Shown piece by piece: positions 19,440 through 29,458 of a stretch of DNA of 64,000 bases. Position 1 is the stretch's first letter. Every line of letters begins with the position of its first letter. Origin of the DNA: an uncultured delta proteobacterium (GTDB taxonomy: Bacteria > Myxococcota_A > UBA9160 > UBA4427); contig CAWGJT010000010.1 in NCBI GenBank assembly GCA_963822965.1, forward strand, positions 192,001 to 256,000, written 5' to 3'. The position numbers and the translations under genes were made by a program. The notes beneath the pieces were generated by a model. The model saw only the letters and a program-made list of their open reading frames with translations. It did not search any database and was not told where the DNA came from.

Positions 19440-21467
19440 ATGCAGGCCTGCATCGTCGGCCGTCCAGCGGCTCGCCCGACGAGGCGTCCGGTGGTGCTCG
19501 CCGGTCTGGTGGGCGCGCTGCTGCTGGCCATACGCGCGCCGGCCGACGTCATCCAGACGCCGCTCCCGGGCTCCTTCGTGGATGCGCCCGAGGTGGTCGT
19601 CTCCGGCGCCATTCCCACGACGGACGTGGCGACGACCGCCGCCTCCCTGAACGGCACGGCCCTGGCGCTCACGCCGGGGGCCGTGCTCCCCGACGGATCG
19701 GTGGAGGCGCTCTTCTCGCAGGTGGTGCCGCTCGACTTCGAGGCGGTCTTCAACCCGCTCGCGGTGGTGTGGACGCTGCCCGGCGGATCCCCCGGCCGCG
19801 CGCGCACCACCGTGGTGGCCGGGCCGTGGGTCGCCGACGGCGCCGCCTCCCCGGACAGCGCGGCGCTGCGCTTCAACGACAGCGGTCTCGACGACTTCGA
19901 GCCGGTGCTCGAAGACCTGGTGGGCTTCGACCTCGCCGGCGTGCTGCCCGTCGGCCTGCGCATCTACAACAAGTGCGTGGTGGACACCTTCGCGGGCTGC
20001 ATCGGACGCGCCAAGGTGTACGTCGACGACCCGCCGCCGAGCTATACCGCCCAGCGCGTCGCCCTGGACGCATTCGCCGACGGCGTGCAGCTCGACCTGG
20101 CCCTGCAGGACGTGCGGGTGGATCTCGAGATCCGCGGCAGCGGCGTGGTTCCGGACTGCCGCCTGCGGCTCACCGCCGACGAGGTTCGCGTCGGTGGTCG
20201 TTACGCGCTGGCTCCGGACGCCGTCGATCCCTCCGCCATCGATCTCGGCCAGAACGGATCCCTGGTGATCATGTTCGACGACTTCCGCCAGAACTTCACG
20301 GGTGGCAGCTGCAACGACGGCCTGATCGAGGACGTGGTGAACGACGTCGTCGGCGACCTCAAGGCCGACATCCGGAACGCGCTGCGCGACCTGCTGGACG
20401 ACCCGGACGGCGGTGGCCCCGACGACGGTCCGCTGGCGGACGCCATCGAGGCGGCGCTCGCCGACCTCGAGATCGCGCGACCCATCGGCCAGGCCCTGCA
20501 GGTGGGGCTGCGCAGCCCGATCGTCGCGGTGAGCCAGGACGACGACGGCGTGACCATCGTGACGGACAACGTCGTCGAGGCCCTTCCGGGCGATCCGGCA
20601 GGCTGCGAGGCACCCGCGGACGCACCGGACTTCGTGGCCTCCTACGAGCCGGCGCCGGCCCTGCCCGCGCTCGGTCCCCTGACCCCCGCCGCGGGGCTCC
20701 CCTACGACGTCGCCCTGTCCGTGAGCGACGCCGCCCTCGACCAGGGCCTCAAGGCGTTCACCGAGTGCGGGCTGCTCCACTCCGATCTCGAGGATCTGAC
20801 CCTCGGCGGCAGCACCTTCCCCATCGACGCCGGGCTGCTCGCCCTGATCGAGCCGGCCTTCGGGAGCCTGCCGTCGGACCTGCCGCTCAGCCTGCGCGTG
20901 CGGCCGGCACTGGCGCCGGTCCTCGCGGCCGGTCCCGGCCCAGACGGCGAGCTCGCGGCCCTGCGGATCGCCGATCTGCGCATCGACGTGATCGACCCGG
21001 TGGACGGCTTCGTGTGGCTCGGCATGGCGGTGGACGCCACCACCGGTCTCGACTTCGGATTCGATGCGACCACGGGCGAGCTCTCCCTGGCGACCGCGGG
21101 CAGCCTGGCGGGGGTCGCCATCACCGTGCTCGACGACGCCATCGGAGCCGACGAGCCCGCCCTCGTCGCAACCCTGACCACGCTCCTCGAGGGCGGCGTC
21201 GTGAGCCTGGGCGACGACCTCGGCAGCTTCCGTCTGCCGGCGCTGCTGGGTCTCGAGCTGGTCCCCGTGGAGATCGAGCGCGGGACGGGATCCGCCACCT
21301 TCTTCTTCGACGCCGCCACGCCGGTTCCCGAGCCCGACCCGGATCTCTCCGCGGCGGCCGGGCTGGTGCTGCTGGCCGGCCTCGCCCGCCGGCGGCGGCG
21401 ATGCGATGCGCGCCGGACGCGCTCGCACCGGTCGGAAGGGGCGGCGGCGGCCGGCCGCCGCCGGTGA
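19440..21467 (+). CDS. Exported acidic protein with PEP-CTERM-like sorting signal; possible BPI/LBP (TULIP)-like fold
   Basis: GGAG before ATG 19440; signal peptide; C-terminal VPEP + hydrophobic helix + RRRRR; the fold is inferred only. Confidence 0.75.
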   Translation: MQACIVGRPAARPTRRPVVLAGLVGALLLAIRAPADVIQTPLPGSFVDAPEVVVSGAIPTTDVATTAASLNGTALALTPGAVLPDGSVEALFSQVVPLDFEAVFNPLAVVWTLPGGSPGRARTTVVAGPWVADGAASPDSAALRFNDSGLDDFEPVLEDLVGFDLAGVLPVGLRIYNKCVVDTFAGCIGRAKVYVDDPPPSYTAQRVALDAFADGVQLDLALQDVRVDLEIRGSGVVPDCRLRLTADEVRVGGRYALAPDAVDPSAIDLGQNGSLVIMFDDFRQNFTGGSCNDGLIEDVVNDVVGDLKADIRNALRDLLDDPDGGGPDDGPLADAIEAALADLEIARPIGQALQVGLRSPIVAVSQDDDGVTIVTDNVVEALPGDPAGCEAPADAPDFVASYEPAPALPALGPLTPAAGLPYDVALSVSDAALDQGLKAFTECGLLHSDLEDLTLGGSTFPIDAGLLALIEPAFGSLPSDLPLSLRVRPALAPVLAAGPGPDGELAALRIADLRIDVIDPVDGFVWLGMAVDATTGLDFGFDATTGELSLATAGSLAGVAITVLDDAIGADEPALVATLTTLLEGGVVSLGDDLGSFRLPALLGLELVPVEIERGTGSATFFFDAATPVPEPDPDLSAAAGLVLLAGLARRRRRCDARRTRSHRSEGAAAAGRRR

Positions 21468-21477
21468 TCCCCCGGCC

Positions 21478-22959
21478 ATGGGCATCGCGATCGAGCGGGA
21501 CCGCTTCGAAGAGCACGAGTACGCCCGCTTCCAGGAGCGGCTCCGGGGCGGGCTGCAGGCCCTGGAGCAGCTGCTGGCCCGGCCCGACTTCGGCGTCGGG
21601 CCGCCGTCGCTGGGGGCCGAGCTCGAGGTGGCGTTGGTGGGCGAGGACGGTCGCCCGCGCCCGGTCAACCTGGAGGTGCTGCGGGAGACCCTCGACCCGC
21701 GCATGACCGTCGAGCTCGACCGCTTCAACCTCGAGTGCAACCTGCGCCACACGTGTCTCGCCGGCCGGCCGTTCACGCACCTCGCCGGCGAGCTCTCGGA
21801 TGCGGTCGCCGAGCTCGACCGGGCCGCCGTGCGTCATCGGGCGCGCGTCGCCATGGTCGGCATTCTTCCCACCCTGTGCGCCGAGGACCTGCAGTCCGAC
21901 GCCATGACCGACACGCCGCGCTTCCGGGCGCTCTCCCACGCCCTGCAGCGGGAGCGCCTCGAGCCCTTCGCAGTGCGGATCCACGGCGACGATCCGCTGG
22001 AGGTACAGTGCGACGACGTCACCTTCGAGGGAGCCGCCACGTCCCTGCAGCTGCACCTCCGCGTGTCACCGGCGGACTTCGCCCGCACCTTCAATGCGGC
22101 GCAGCTCGCGACGGCGCCCGTGCTGGCGGCGGCGGGCAACTCGCCGATCTTCCTGGGCCACCGCCTGTGGCACGAGACGCGGGTGGCCCTCTTCAAGCAG
22201 GCCGTCGACGCCCGCGGCGGGGAGGGCGCCCGCCGCCGCAAGCCCCGGGTGTGCTTCGGAGCGGACTGGAATCGCGAAGGCGCCCTGGAGATCTTCCGCG
22301 AGGCGGTGGCGGACTTCACCCCGCTGCTGCCGGTGCTCGACGATCAGGATCCGATGGCCTGCCTGGCGGCGGGCGAGGTGCCGCGGCTCGGGGAGATCCG
22401 GCTCCACCAGGGCACCGTGTGGAGCTGGAACCGCCCGGTCTACGATCCGGCGGACGGCGGGCACCTGCGCATCGAGCTGCGCGCGCTGCCGGCCGGACCG
22501 AGCATCGCCGACATGGTGGCGAACGCCGCGTTTCTGGTGGGTCTCATCCTGGGGCTCTCCCGGGAGGTGAGTCGATGGGACGCGCTGTCGTTTGCCGCGG
22601 CGCACGACGCCTTCTATCGCGCGGCTCAGCATGGCCTGGCCGCCGCCATCGACTGGCCGGCAGGCACGAGCGCGCCCGCCGGTGTGCGTCCGGCGCGGGA
22701 GCTGGTGCCGGCGCTGCTCCCCATCGCCGCCCGGGGGCTGTCGGAGGCGGGCGTCGATGCCCGCGAGATCGACGCCCAGCTGGAGATCATCGCCCGCCGC
22801 TGCGAGACGGGCCGCACGGGCGCGGTCTGGCAGCGCGAGGCGCTGGACGGGTTCGCCGGGGACGGGTCGCGCGACGCGGCGCTCCAGCACATGTTCGTGC
22901 GCTACCTGCGGCACTCGCGCAGCGGGGATCCCGTGCACGCGTGGCCGTCCCCATGCTGA
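21478..22959 (+). CDS. Glutamate--cysteine ligase family (GCS2-like carboxylate-amine ligase)
   Basis: LGAELE, ELDRFNLE, TSLQLHL, AGNSP, WSWNRPVY, HLRIELRALPAGP. Confidence 0.88.
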   Translation: MGIAIERDRFEEHEYARFQERLRGGLQALEQLLARPDFGVGPPSLGAELEVALVGEDGRPRPVNLEVLRETLDPRMTVELDRFNLECNLRHTCLAGRPFTHLAGELSDAVAELDRAAVRHRARVAMVGILPTLCAEDLQSDAMTDTPRFRALSHALQRERLEPFAVRIHGDDPLEVQCDDVTFEGAATSLQLHLRVSPADFARTFNAAQLATAPVLAAAGNSPIFLGHRLWHETRVALFKQAVDARGGEGARRRKPRVCFGADWNREGALEIFREAVADFTPLLPVLDDQDPMACLAAGEVPRLGEIRLHQGTVWSWNRPVYDPADGGHLRIELRALPAGPSIADMVANAAFLVGLILGLSREVSRWDALSFAAAHDAFYRAAQHGLAAAIDWPAGTSAPAGVRPARELVPALLPIAARGLSEAGVDAREIDAQLEIIARRCETGRTGAVWQREALDGFAGDGSRDAALQHMFVRYLRHSRSGDPVHAWPSPC

Positions 22960-24047
22960 TTCTGCGCGAGTCCACCTGGGGAGCGGACCTGGACGCGGGC
23001 CGCGTGGGCGCGGACGCCGTGTCGTTCCTGCGCGCGCTGGGCGGTCCCACCCTGCTGCGGGTCCCCGGACGCGACGGCGGCCGCCTGCGCGTGGTGTCGA
23101 CCCTGCTGCACGGAAACGAGCCTTCGGGCGTGCGTGCGCTCCACCGCTGGCTGTCGGAGGATCCCGTGCCGGCGGTGGACGTGCTGCTCTTCGTCGGCGC
23201 GGTGGGAACGGCGCTCGCGTCGCCGGGCTTCGCGCACCGCTTCCTGCCGGGCGCGACCGACCTGAACCGCTGCTGGCTGCCGCCCCGCACGGGAGAACGA
23301 GCCGGGGAGGCCGGGCAGGAGGGACACCTGGCCGAGCGCGTGCTGGCACGGCTGCACGCGGAGCCGCCGGAGTGCCTCGTCGATCTGCACAACAATACCG
23401 GTCACAACCCCGCCTATGGCGTGACGCCCCGCATCGGCGCGCCCGAACGCCACCTGGTCGGGCTCTGGGCCGACCGCGTGGTTCACACACCCCTGGCGCT
23501 CGGCACCCTGGTGGAGGCGACCTGCGCGTCCTGGCCCAGTGTCACCATCGAGTGTGGACGCTCGGGCGATCCCGCGGCCGACGACGTGGCGCTGGCCGGG
23601 CTGCGCCGGCTGGTGGACACGGCCGACCTGGCCCTCGACGCGTCGCCGCCGTTCCTGGAGGTGGCGGTCGATCCCGTTCGCGTGAGCGTGCGTCCCGGCG
23701 TCCCGCTCGACTTCGGCGACGGGCCCGGTGAGGGGCCGGGTCTCGTCGTGTCCCGGGAGATCGACCGCCACAACTGGGAGCGCGTGCCGTCGGGGACCTG
23801 CATCGGCTGGGTCGAAGCCGGCTGCGAGTGGCCGATCGAGGCGCTGGGGGCCGAGGACGCGGACCGCTCCCTCGAGCTCTTCGCCCTGCGCGACGGTCGT
23901 CTCGAGACCCGCAAGCCGATGATCCCGGTGATGATGACCACCCACCGGGAGAACGCCCTGGCGGACTGCCTCTTCTACGCCGCCCAGCCCGAGCCACAGC
24001 GGGCCGCCCAGCCCGAGCCGCAGCGGGCCGCCCAGCCCGAGCCGTAG
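22953..24047 (+). CDS. Succinylglutamate desuccinylase/aspartoacylase (M14) family protein
   Basis: LHGNEPSG, DLNR, VDLHN, TIECG zinc-peptidase motifs; 7-bp overlap with the ligase gene. Confidence 0.87.
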   Translation: MLILRESTWGADLDAGRVGADAVSFLRALGGPTLLRVPGRDGGRLRVVSTLLHGNEPSGVRALHRWLSEDPVPAVDVLLFVGAVGTALASPGFAHRFLPGATDLNRCWLPPRTGERAGEAGQEGHLAERVLARLHAEPPECLVDLHNNTGHNPAYGVTPRIGAPERHLVGLWADRVVHTPLALGTLVEATCASWPSVTIECGRSGDPAADDVALAGLRRLVDTADLALDASPPFLEVAVDPVRVSVRPGVPLDFGDGPGEGPGLVVSREIDRHNWERVPSGTCIGWVEAGCEWPIEALGAEDADRSLELFALRDGRLETRKPMIPVMMTTHRENALADCLFYAAQPEPQRAAQPEPQRAAQPEP

Positions 24048-24102
24048 CGGGCCGCCCAGCCCGAGCCGTAGCGGGCCGCCCAGCCCGAGCCGTAGCGGGC
24101 CG
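23979..24102 (+). repeat. 24-bp tandem repeat x5 (GCCGCCCAGCCCGAGCCRYAGCGG) spanning the stop codon
   Basis: Units start at 23979, 24003, 24027, 24051, 24075; copies 1-2 carry CAG, copies 3-5 carry TAG. Confidence 0.93.
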
Positions 24103-24137
24103 GCGGGAGCTCCGAGCCGCAGATCTGAGCGGTGGGG

Positions 24138-24482
24138 TCAGCTCGAGAGCCAGCCGCCGAAGCGAGCCGCGCACAGGGGCGGCGGCTCGGGCGTGGTCTG
24201 GCTCCAGACGCTGTCGACCCGGGTGCAGTGCATCCGGAGCACGGCTTCGGGCGTCGCGTTGCCAGCCGCGAAGCGGTCCACCAGCTCCTCCTCGCAGATC
24301 CGTCGCTGCCACGAGTCGAGGTCGCCGCAGCGGGCGATCAGCGCAACTTCGGCCTCGCTCACCTCGGTCTGGAAGGGCAGGCGCTCGGTCAGGGCGCCGA
24401 AGGTGTCCGCGCGGGTGTTCCAGCCGAAGTGGGCGAGCGCGCCGACCGCGGCCACGGCGGTGATGGCGATCACGATGCGCAT
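24138..24482 (-). CDS. Small exported/membrane-anchored hypothetical protein with 4 Cys
   Basis: GGGAGG RBS; hydrophobic N-terminus; 114 aa. Confidence 0.65.
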   Translation of the reverse strand: MRIVIAITAVAAVGALAHFGWNTRADTFGALTERLPFQTEVSEAEVALIARCGDLDSWQRRICEEELVDRFAAGNATPEAVLRMHCTRVDSVWSQTTPEPPPLCAARFGGWLSS

Positions 24483-24648
24483 GGGTGTGCCTCCCTGGTT
24501 GCCGTCTCGATCTCGGAGGCATGGGCCTCCTGACGGGAGACATCGACCTCGAGGCGGGGCGCCTGCGTGAGCTGGAGCACGCGCGCCGTCTCCCCCCAGG
24601 CGGCGCTGGCGCGGGCGGCTCGGGCGCAGCGGCGCAGGCGAAGGCCCG

Positions 24649-25479
24649 CTACTCGTCCCAGACCGTCCGCAGGGCTGCCGGGCCGCCCAGCAGCATGCGC
24701 GGGTCCTGCTTGTCGATGTGGCCGATGAGCGAGCGATACACGCCGTAGCCGACCATGCGCTGCAGCCGCTCCGGGAAGCGCCGTACCTTGTCCCGGGGAA
24801 TTCCGAGCTGCTGGTTCTCCTGCTGCCGGACGAATCCCGCGCAGTAGTTCATGGCGATGCCCACCCGGCGCTCGCGGGTCCGGTTGGCCCCGCCGCCGTG
24901 CCACAGGCTGCCGTTCCAGACGAGCACGCTGCCGGCGGGCATCTCGGCGGGAACGCTCGCGTGCTCCGTGCGCAGGTCCGGATAGCGGGGCCAACGGTGG
25001 CTACCGGGCACCAGGCGGGTGGCGCCGTTCGCCTCGCTGAACCCAGTCAGCGCCCACATCGTGTTGCACACCAGCGGCGGATGCGGACGGGGCAGGCGGA
25101 TGACCATGTCGTCGCTGTGGATCGGCTGGGGCGTCTCCCCCGGTCCGATGTCGATCGAAGAGACGGACGACACCAGGCAGCCGTCGTCGAGCACGCCCTC
25201 GACGACGGGCAGCACGGCGGGATGGACGGGGACCCGGGCGAAGACGTCGTCGTGGGCCAGCAGGTTGTAGATGCGGACCGTCCGGGTTCCCTCGAAGTCG
25301 TTCTGGCAGGCCCCGATGTGGCGGTCCCGGGCGATGCGTTCCAGGGCCTCGCGCAGGGCCGCCACCAGCTCGGGCTCGATCACCCGCTCCAGCAGCGTGT
25401 AGCCCTTCTCCTCGATCTCGCGTAGGTGGAAGCCGGTGTCCGGGCGCGCCGCCGCCGGTGCTCGGGTGGCCTCGCTCAT
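24649..25479 (-). CDS. Phytanoyl-CoA dioxygenase (PhyH) family Fe/2OG dioxygenase
   Basis: QPIHSDD (HxD), NGATRLVPGSH, LWHGGGAN, RQQENQ; ATGA overlap. Confidence 0.9.
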   Translation of the reverse strand: MSEATRAPAAARPDTGFHLREIEEKGYTLLERVIEPELVAALREALERIARDRHIGACQNDFEGTRTVRIYNLLAHDDVFARVPVHPAVLPVVEGVLDDGCLVSSVSSIDIGPGETPQPIHSDDMVIRLPRPHPPLVCNTMWALTGFSEANGATRLVPGSHRWPRYPDLRTEHASVPAEMPAGSVLVWNGSLWHGGGANRTRERRVGIAMNYCAGFVRQQENQQLGIPRDKVRRFPERLQRMVGYGVYRSLIGHIDKQDPRMLLGGPAALRTVWDE

Positions 25480-26345
25480 GACGCCCTCCGCTTCGTTCCC
25501 GGGCCCCGGAGCTCGAAGCTGGCGCCTTCGGCGGCCGGAGTGAGCTCGAAGGGCAGGGCCTGGTGCTTCTGGACCTCTTCGTACAGCCGGTCGAGGATCG
25601 CGTCGGTGTGGGCGGGATCGTGATGGAAGGGCACCAGGTGCCGAACCCCGGCCGCGCGCGCAAAGGCCAGGGTCTGCTCGATCGAGCTGTGTCCCCAGCC
25701 CACGTAGCGCGGATACTCGTCCTGGGAGTACTGGGCGTCGTGGATCAGCAGGTCGGCGTCCTTCGCGAGGCAGAGACCGGGAATCCAGTCGGGGTCGCTC
25801 GGAACCTCTTCGAGGCCGAGGAAGGGCTCGTGGTCCGGCAGATAGGTCACCGTAGCCCCGTCGCCCTCGATTCGATAGCCCACGGTAGGACCCGGGTGGC
25901 ACACGAGCTCGGCGGTGACCGTGAGCGCGCCGATCGCGAAGTGCGGCGTGCGCGTGACGTCGTGCAGGTGGAGCTGGCAGGGCAGGTCCGCCAGCCGCAC
26001 CGGGAACAGCGGCGGGGAGAGGTAGCGCCCCAGACGCGCGTGCAGGTCCTGGGTGGTGGACGACGGACCCCACAGGTGGACCTCGAGCTCCGGCCAGAAG
26101 AGGGGCTCGAAGAACCCGAGCCCCTGGATGTGATCCATGTGCAGATGCGTGAGCAGGACGTCGAGGCGGGTCAGGCCGCGCTGGATCTCGTCGCCCAGCG
26201 GACGGATGCCCGTACCGGCGTCGAGCACCAGGAGGTCGCCGTCGTCGCCGCGCAGCTCCACGCACGAGGTGTTGCCCCCGTAGTGGATCGTCTGCGGGCC
26301 CGGCGTCGCCAGGGAGCCGCGGGTTCCCCAGAACCGGATCTTCAC
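25476..26345 (-). CDS. MBL-fold metallo-hydrolase (phosphodiesterase/RNase Z-like)
   Basis: MKIRFWGTRGS, YGGNTSC, LDAGTG, THLHMDHIQG (HxHxDH), GWGHS, FHHDP; GTGA overlap. Confidence 0.9.
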   Translation of the reverse strand: MKIRFWGTRGSLATPGPQTIHYGGNTSCVELRGDDGDLLVLDAGTGIRPLGDEIQRGLTRLDVLLTHLHMDHIQGLGFFEPLFWPELEVHLWGPSSTTQDLHARLGRYLSPPLFPVRLADLPCQLHLHDVTRTPHFAIGALTVTAELVCHPGPTVGYRIEGDGATVTYLPDHEPFLGLEEVPSDPDWIPGLCLAKDADLLIHDAQYSQDEYPRYVGWGHSSIEQTLAFARAAGVRHLVPFHHDPAHTDAILDRLYEEVQKHQALPFELTPAAEGASFELRGPGTKRRAS

Positions 26346-27214
26346 GGCCGCGCCTCCCAGAACAGTCCGAACGCTCCGACCAGGCGATCGCTCTGTCCGA
26401 TGAGCGGGATGGCGGTCACGGCGATCTGGCGCGCCTTGCCGTCCAGCCCGTCGATCCAGCAGCCGCGGTGCACCGGCCGGCCCTGGGTGCGGGCGATCGT
26501 CAGTGGGTGCTCCTCCGGTGCGATCGGGTTCCCCTCCGCGGTGCGCGGACGGAAGGCCGCGTACAGCTGCTCGGACGAGCCGAGTCCGTCTTCGACGAAG
26601 CGATGCCCCAGGATCGGCTCCGCGGCGGCGTTGAAGTAGAGCAGCTCGCCCTGCCGGTCCACGAGGAAGACCGGCGTGGCGAGCGTGGTGGCGACCCGTC
26701 GGGTGAGGATGGTCTCGACGGCGATGGGCCCCGGGCACCCGCTGGCGCCGACGGGCGGCTCCAAGGCACGGGCCAGCCCGGTGTCCGGCTGCCAGAAGAG
26801 GCCCAACGCGCCCAGGAAACGACCCCCCACGGCCTCGAGCGGGATGCCGGTCACCGCGATCTCCCGCCGCCCGTCCGCCGCCGCCGGGTCCTCGGCGCCG
26901 GCTCGGCCTGCCAGGAGAAGCGATCCCACGCGGACGAAGGCCCGCCGGTGGGCGGGGACCCGGCGCTCCAGCGCGACCACCAACGGCCTCTCGTCGGGGG
27001 GCAGGGGGTGGCCGGCCGCGTCGCTCGGCTCGAGCATCGCCTGCCACTCCGCACGCCCGAGGCCGCCCATCTCCTCGAATCGTCGCCCGAAGATCGCCTC
27101 CGCGGGCTCGTTGAAGTACACCAGGGTGCCGTCCGCGCCCAGCAGCGCGATGGGGGTGCGCAGGCAGCTCGCGAGCTGCTTGAGGAGGACGATTTCGACG
27201 TCGCTCGGCGCCAA
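26342..27214 (-). CDS. Tandem PAS-domain protein (no output domain)
   Basis: AGGAGG then TTG 27214; two homologous halves (LVYFNEPAEAIFG / LLYFNAAAEPILG; IAVTGIPL...GALGLFW / IAVTAIPL...GAFGLFW). Confidence 0.8.
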   Translation of the reverse strand: MAPSDVEIVLLKQLASCLRTPIALLGADGTLVYFNEPAEAIFGRRFEEMGGLGRAEWQAMLEPSDAAGHPLPPDERPLVVALERRVPAHRRAFVRVGSLLLAGRAGAEDPAAADGRREIAVTGIPLEAVGGRFLGALGLFWQPDTGLARALEPPVGASGCPGPIAVETILTRRVATTLATPVFLVDRQGELLYFNAAAEPILGHRFVEDGLGSSEQLYAAFRPRTAEGNPIAPEEHPLTIARTQGRPVHRGCWIDGLDGKARQIAVTAIPLIGQSDRLVGAFGLFWEARP

Positions 27215-27470
27215 GTCCCCTCCTGCGAAGGTACCTGCAAGAGCGCCCGCGAGAGCGCACGCCCGAAGGGCCATGCCGCAGTCTACCAGCGACGCGATGG
27301 TGCGTCCGGGATCGCGCCGCCGTCGCCACCGGCCTGCGGAGCACGTAGTCTCCCGCGGAGGCCCCGCCTCGGGGGCGCAGCTCGGGATGACCCGCCCCGG
27401 GGCTCCGTCCCGCGATTGCGCGAGGGGTCTACGGGCTCGTGAGAGGGGTCGCGGCGGCGGTGAGGCGGCG

Positions 27471-27983
27471 GTGAGAAGGAGCAGAGGCTTGGCGCGTGGG
27501 ATCGCATCCGTACTGTTCGCGTCGGCCTGGGTCGCGGTCGGCTGTACCTGGTATTCGGATGTTCCCGAAGGCCGCCCAACCCGGCTTCCGGAGAACGCAC
27601 CGACCGAGATCGTCACCCTCGCCCTGTGCGAGCCCTTCGAGGCCGTCCTCGACTGCGAGCAGCACAGCTGCAACGACTGGTATCGGGTCCTGGTGGAGAG
27701 CGCCGGCGAGCTGCGGGTGTCGGTGGAGCTGGGCGCGCCCGACGGTCCGGGGGCTCTCACGCGGGTGTTGCTGCGTCCCCTGGGACAGCCCGTGCTCGTT
27801 CAGCAGGTGAGCAACCAGGGCGAGCCCCTGGAGATCCGCCAGCACGTCGAGCCGGACGTCTACGCGGTGCTCGTCCAGGGCGGTGGATCGCGGCGCTCGT
27901 ACCGGATTCGGGTGTCGCTGACGCCGCCCGGCGCCCCGGAGAGCGCTGCCTGCCCGGGCGCCGAAGCGCCGCCCGGCCGCTGA
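27471..27983 (+). CDS. Putative lipoprotein with PPC-like beta-sandwich
   Basis: Signal peptide ending VAVGC; DWYRV...Y.IRV pattern; start uncertain. Confidence 0.6.
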   Translation: MRRSRGLARGIASVLFASAWVAVGCTWYSDVPEGRPTRLPENAPTEIVTLALCEPFEAVLDCEQHSCNDWYRVLVESAGELRVSVELGAPDGPGALTRVLLRPLGQPVLVQQVSNQGEPLEIRQHVEPDVYAVLVQGGGSRRSYRIRVSLTPPGAPESAACPGAEAPPGR

Positions 27984-28024
27984 TTCCCCGCCACCGCGCG
28001 CCCCTCGGCTGTTAGGCTCTCGTG

Positions 28025-29418
28025 ATGCCGCAGACGCGCCCGCTCGTCGCTGCTCTCGAAGCGGAGCGCATGACTCCGTACCTCTGGTTCCTGTTCCTGC
28101 TGCTCTCCACGGCCACCCTCTTCGACGGCTTCGACGCGGGCATGCTGAGCTTCGCGGCGCCGGAGTCGCGGCAGAGCCTGCACATCGACCGCTCCGAGTG
28201 GGGATACATCAACTCCATCGTCCGGGTGGGGGTGTGGGCGTCGTTCGTGTTCCTGCTCTATGCCGACCGCTTCGGCCGGCGCCGACTGATGACGGTCACG
28301 GTGGTGGGCTTCGCGCTCTTCAACGGGCTCACGGCCTTCGTGACGGACAAGTACCAGTTCACGGCCTGTCAGCTGCTCGCGCGGCTCTTCCTCACGGCCG
28401 AGTACTCGCTGGCGGTGATCATGGCGGGCGAGGAGTTCCCGGCGCGCTACCGGGGCCGGGCCATCGCGATCCTCACGAGCCTCGCCACCGTCGGCGTCAT
28501 GCTGATGGCCAAGGGGGTGCAGCCGAACGTGCTGCTCGACGGAGGGCGCCCCGGGAAACTGGCTGCACGACCTGGGGAGCGGAATCGTCGCCGTCGTGCA
28601 GGGCGCCTTCGGGCTGACGCCGGGACGGCGCGAACTGGCGGGCCCTGTACGTGCTGGGCCTGTTTCCCCTGGCGCTGATCGTGGTGCTGCGGCTCGCCAT
28701 GCGCGAGACCCGACGCTTCGAGGCGGTGAGGCTGGAGCAGGGCGCGGACGGCGCGGACCCCCGGCCCGGGCTGCGCGAGATGCTGCGCCAGGCGGCCGTC
28801 CCGTGGCGGCCGGAGTACCGGCGGCGGACCGCGATCGTCACCCTGCTGTGGAACTCCGTCTACATCGTGACCGGACCGTCGGTGGTCTACTACGTCATCT
28901 TCGCCCGCGAGGATCTCGGCCTCTCGCCCCACACGGTGGGCGACATCATCTTCTACGGCTACTTCGGCGGCACGGCGGGGCACTTCGTGGCCGCCTGGCT
29001 GATCGAGCGGATCGGTCGCAAGCGCACGTGCGCGGGCTTCTACGTGCTGGCGGCGATCTCGATCGCCATGCTGTACCAGCACACCAGCCTCTTCGGCCAG
29101 TACCTGTGGATGATCTCCACCGTCTTCTCCTTCGCCGCCGCCAATACCGCGACCCACGTCTATGCGTCCGAGCTCTTCCCCACGTCCATCCGCGCCACCG
29201 GCTACGCGTGGACCACGAACCTGACCGGTCGCATCACCGAGGTGGTGACGCCGGCTCTGATCGGCGGCCTGATCTACTTCATCGGCATCTCGTGGTCCAT
29301 CGCGGTGGTGGCGATCGGTCCCGTGCTCGGCGCCGTGCTGGTGATGCGCTACGCGCCGGAGACCCGGGGGCTCACCCTCGAGCAGATCCAGGACGAGCTG
29401 GCGCGCAGCGCGGCCTGA
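28025..29418 (+). pseudogene. MFS transporter with two +1 frameshifts (pseudogene or assembly error)
   Basis: MFS motif A ADRFGRR and IERIGRK, SELFPTSIRATG, PETRG; reading frame moves near 28550 and 28630. Confidence 0.8.
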
Positions 29419-29458
29419 AGGACCGGCGCCGCATGGCGCCGCGTCGGGAGACGACTTC

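Noticed and set aside
23979..24102. Possible CRISPR array (also considered for 49169, 60798 and 63524)
   Set aside because: Repeats are head-to-tail with no unique spacers, and there are no cas genes in the window.
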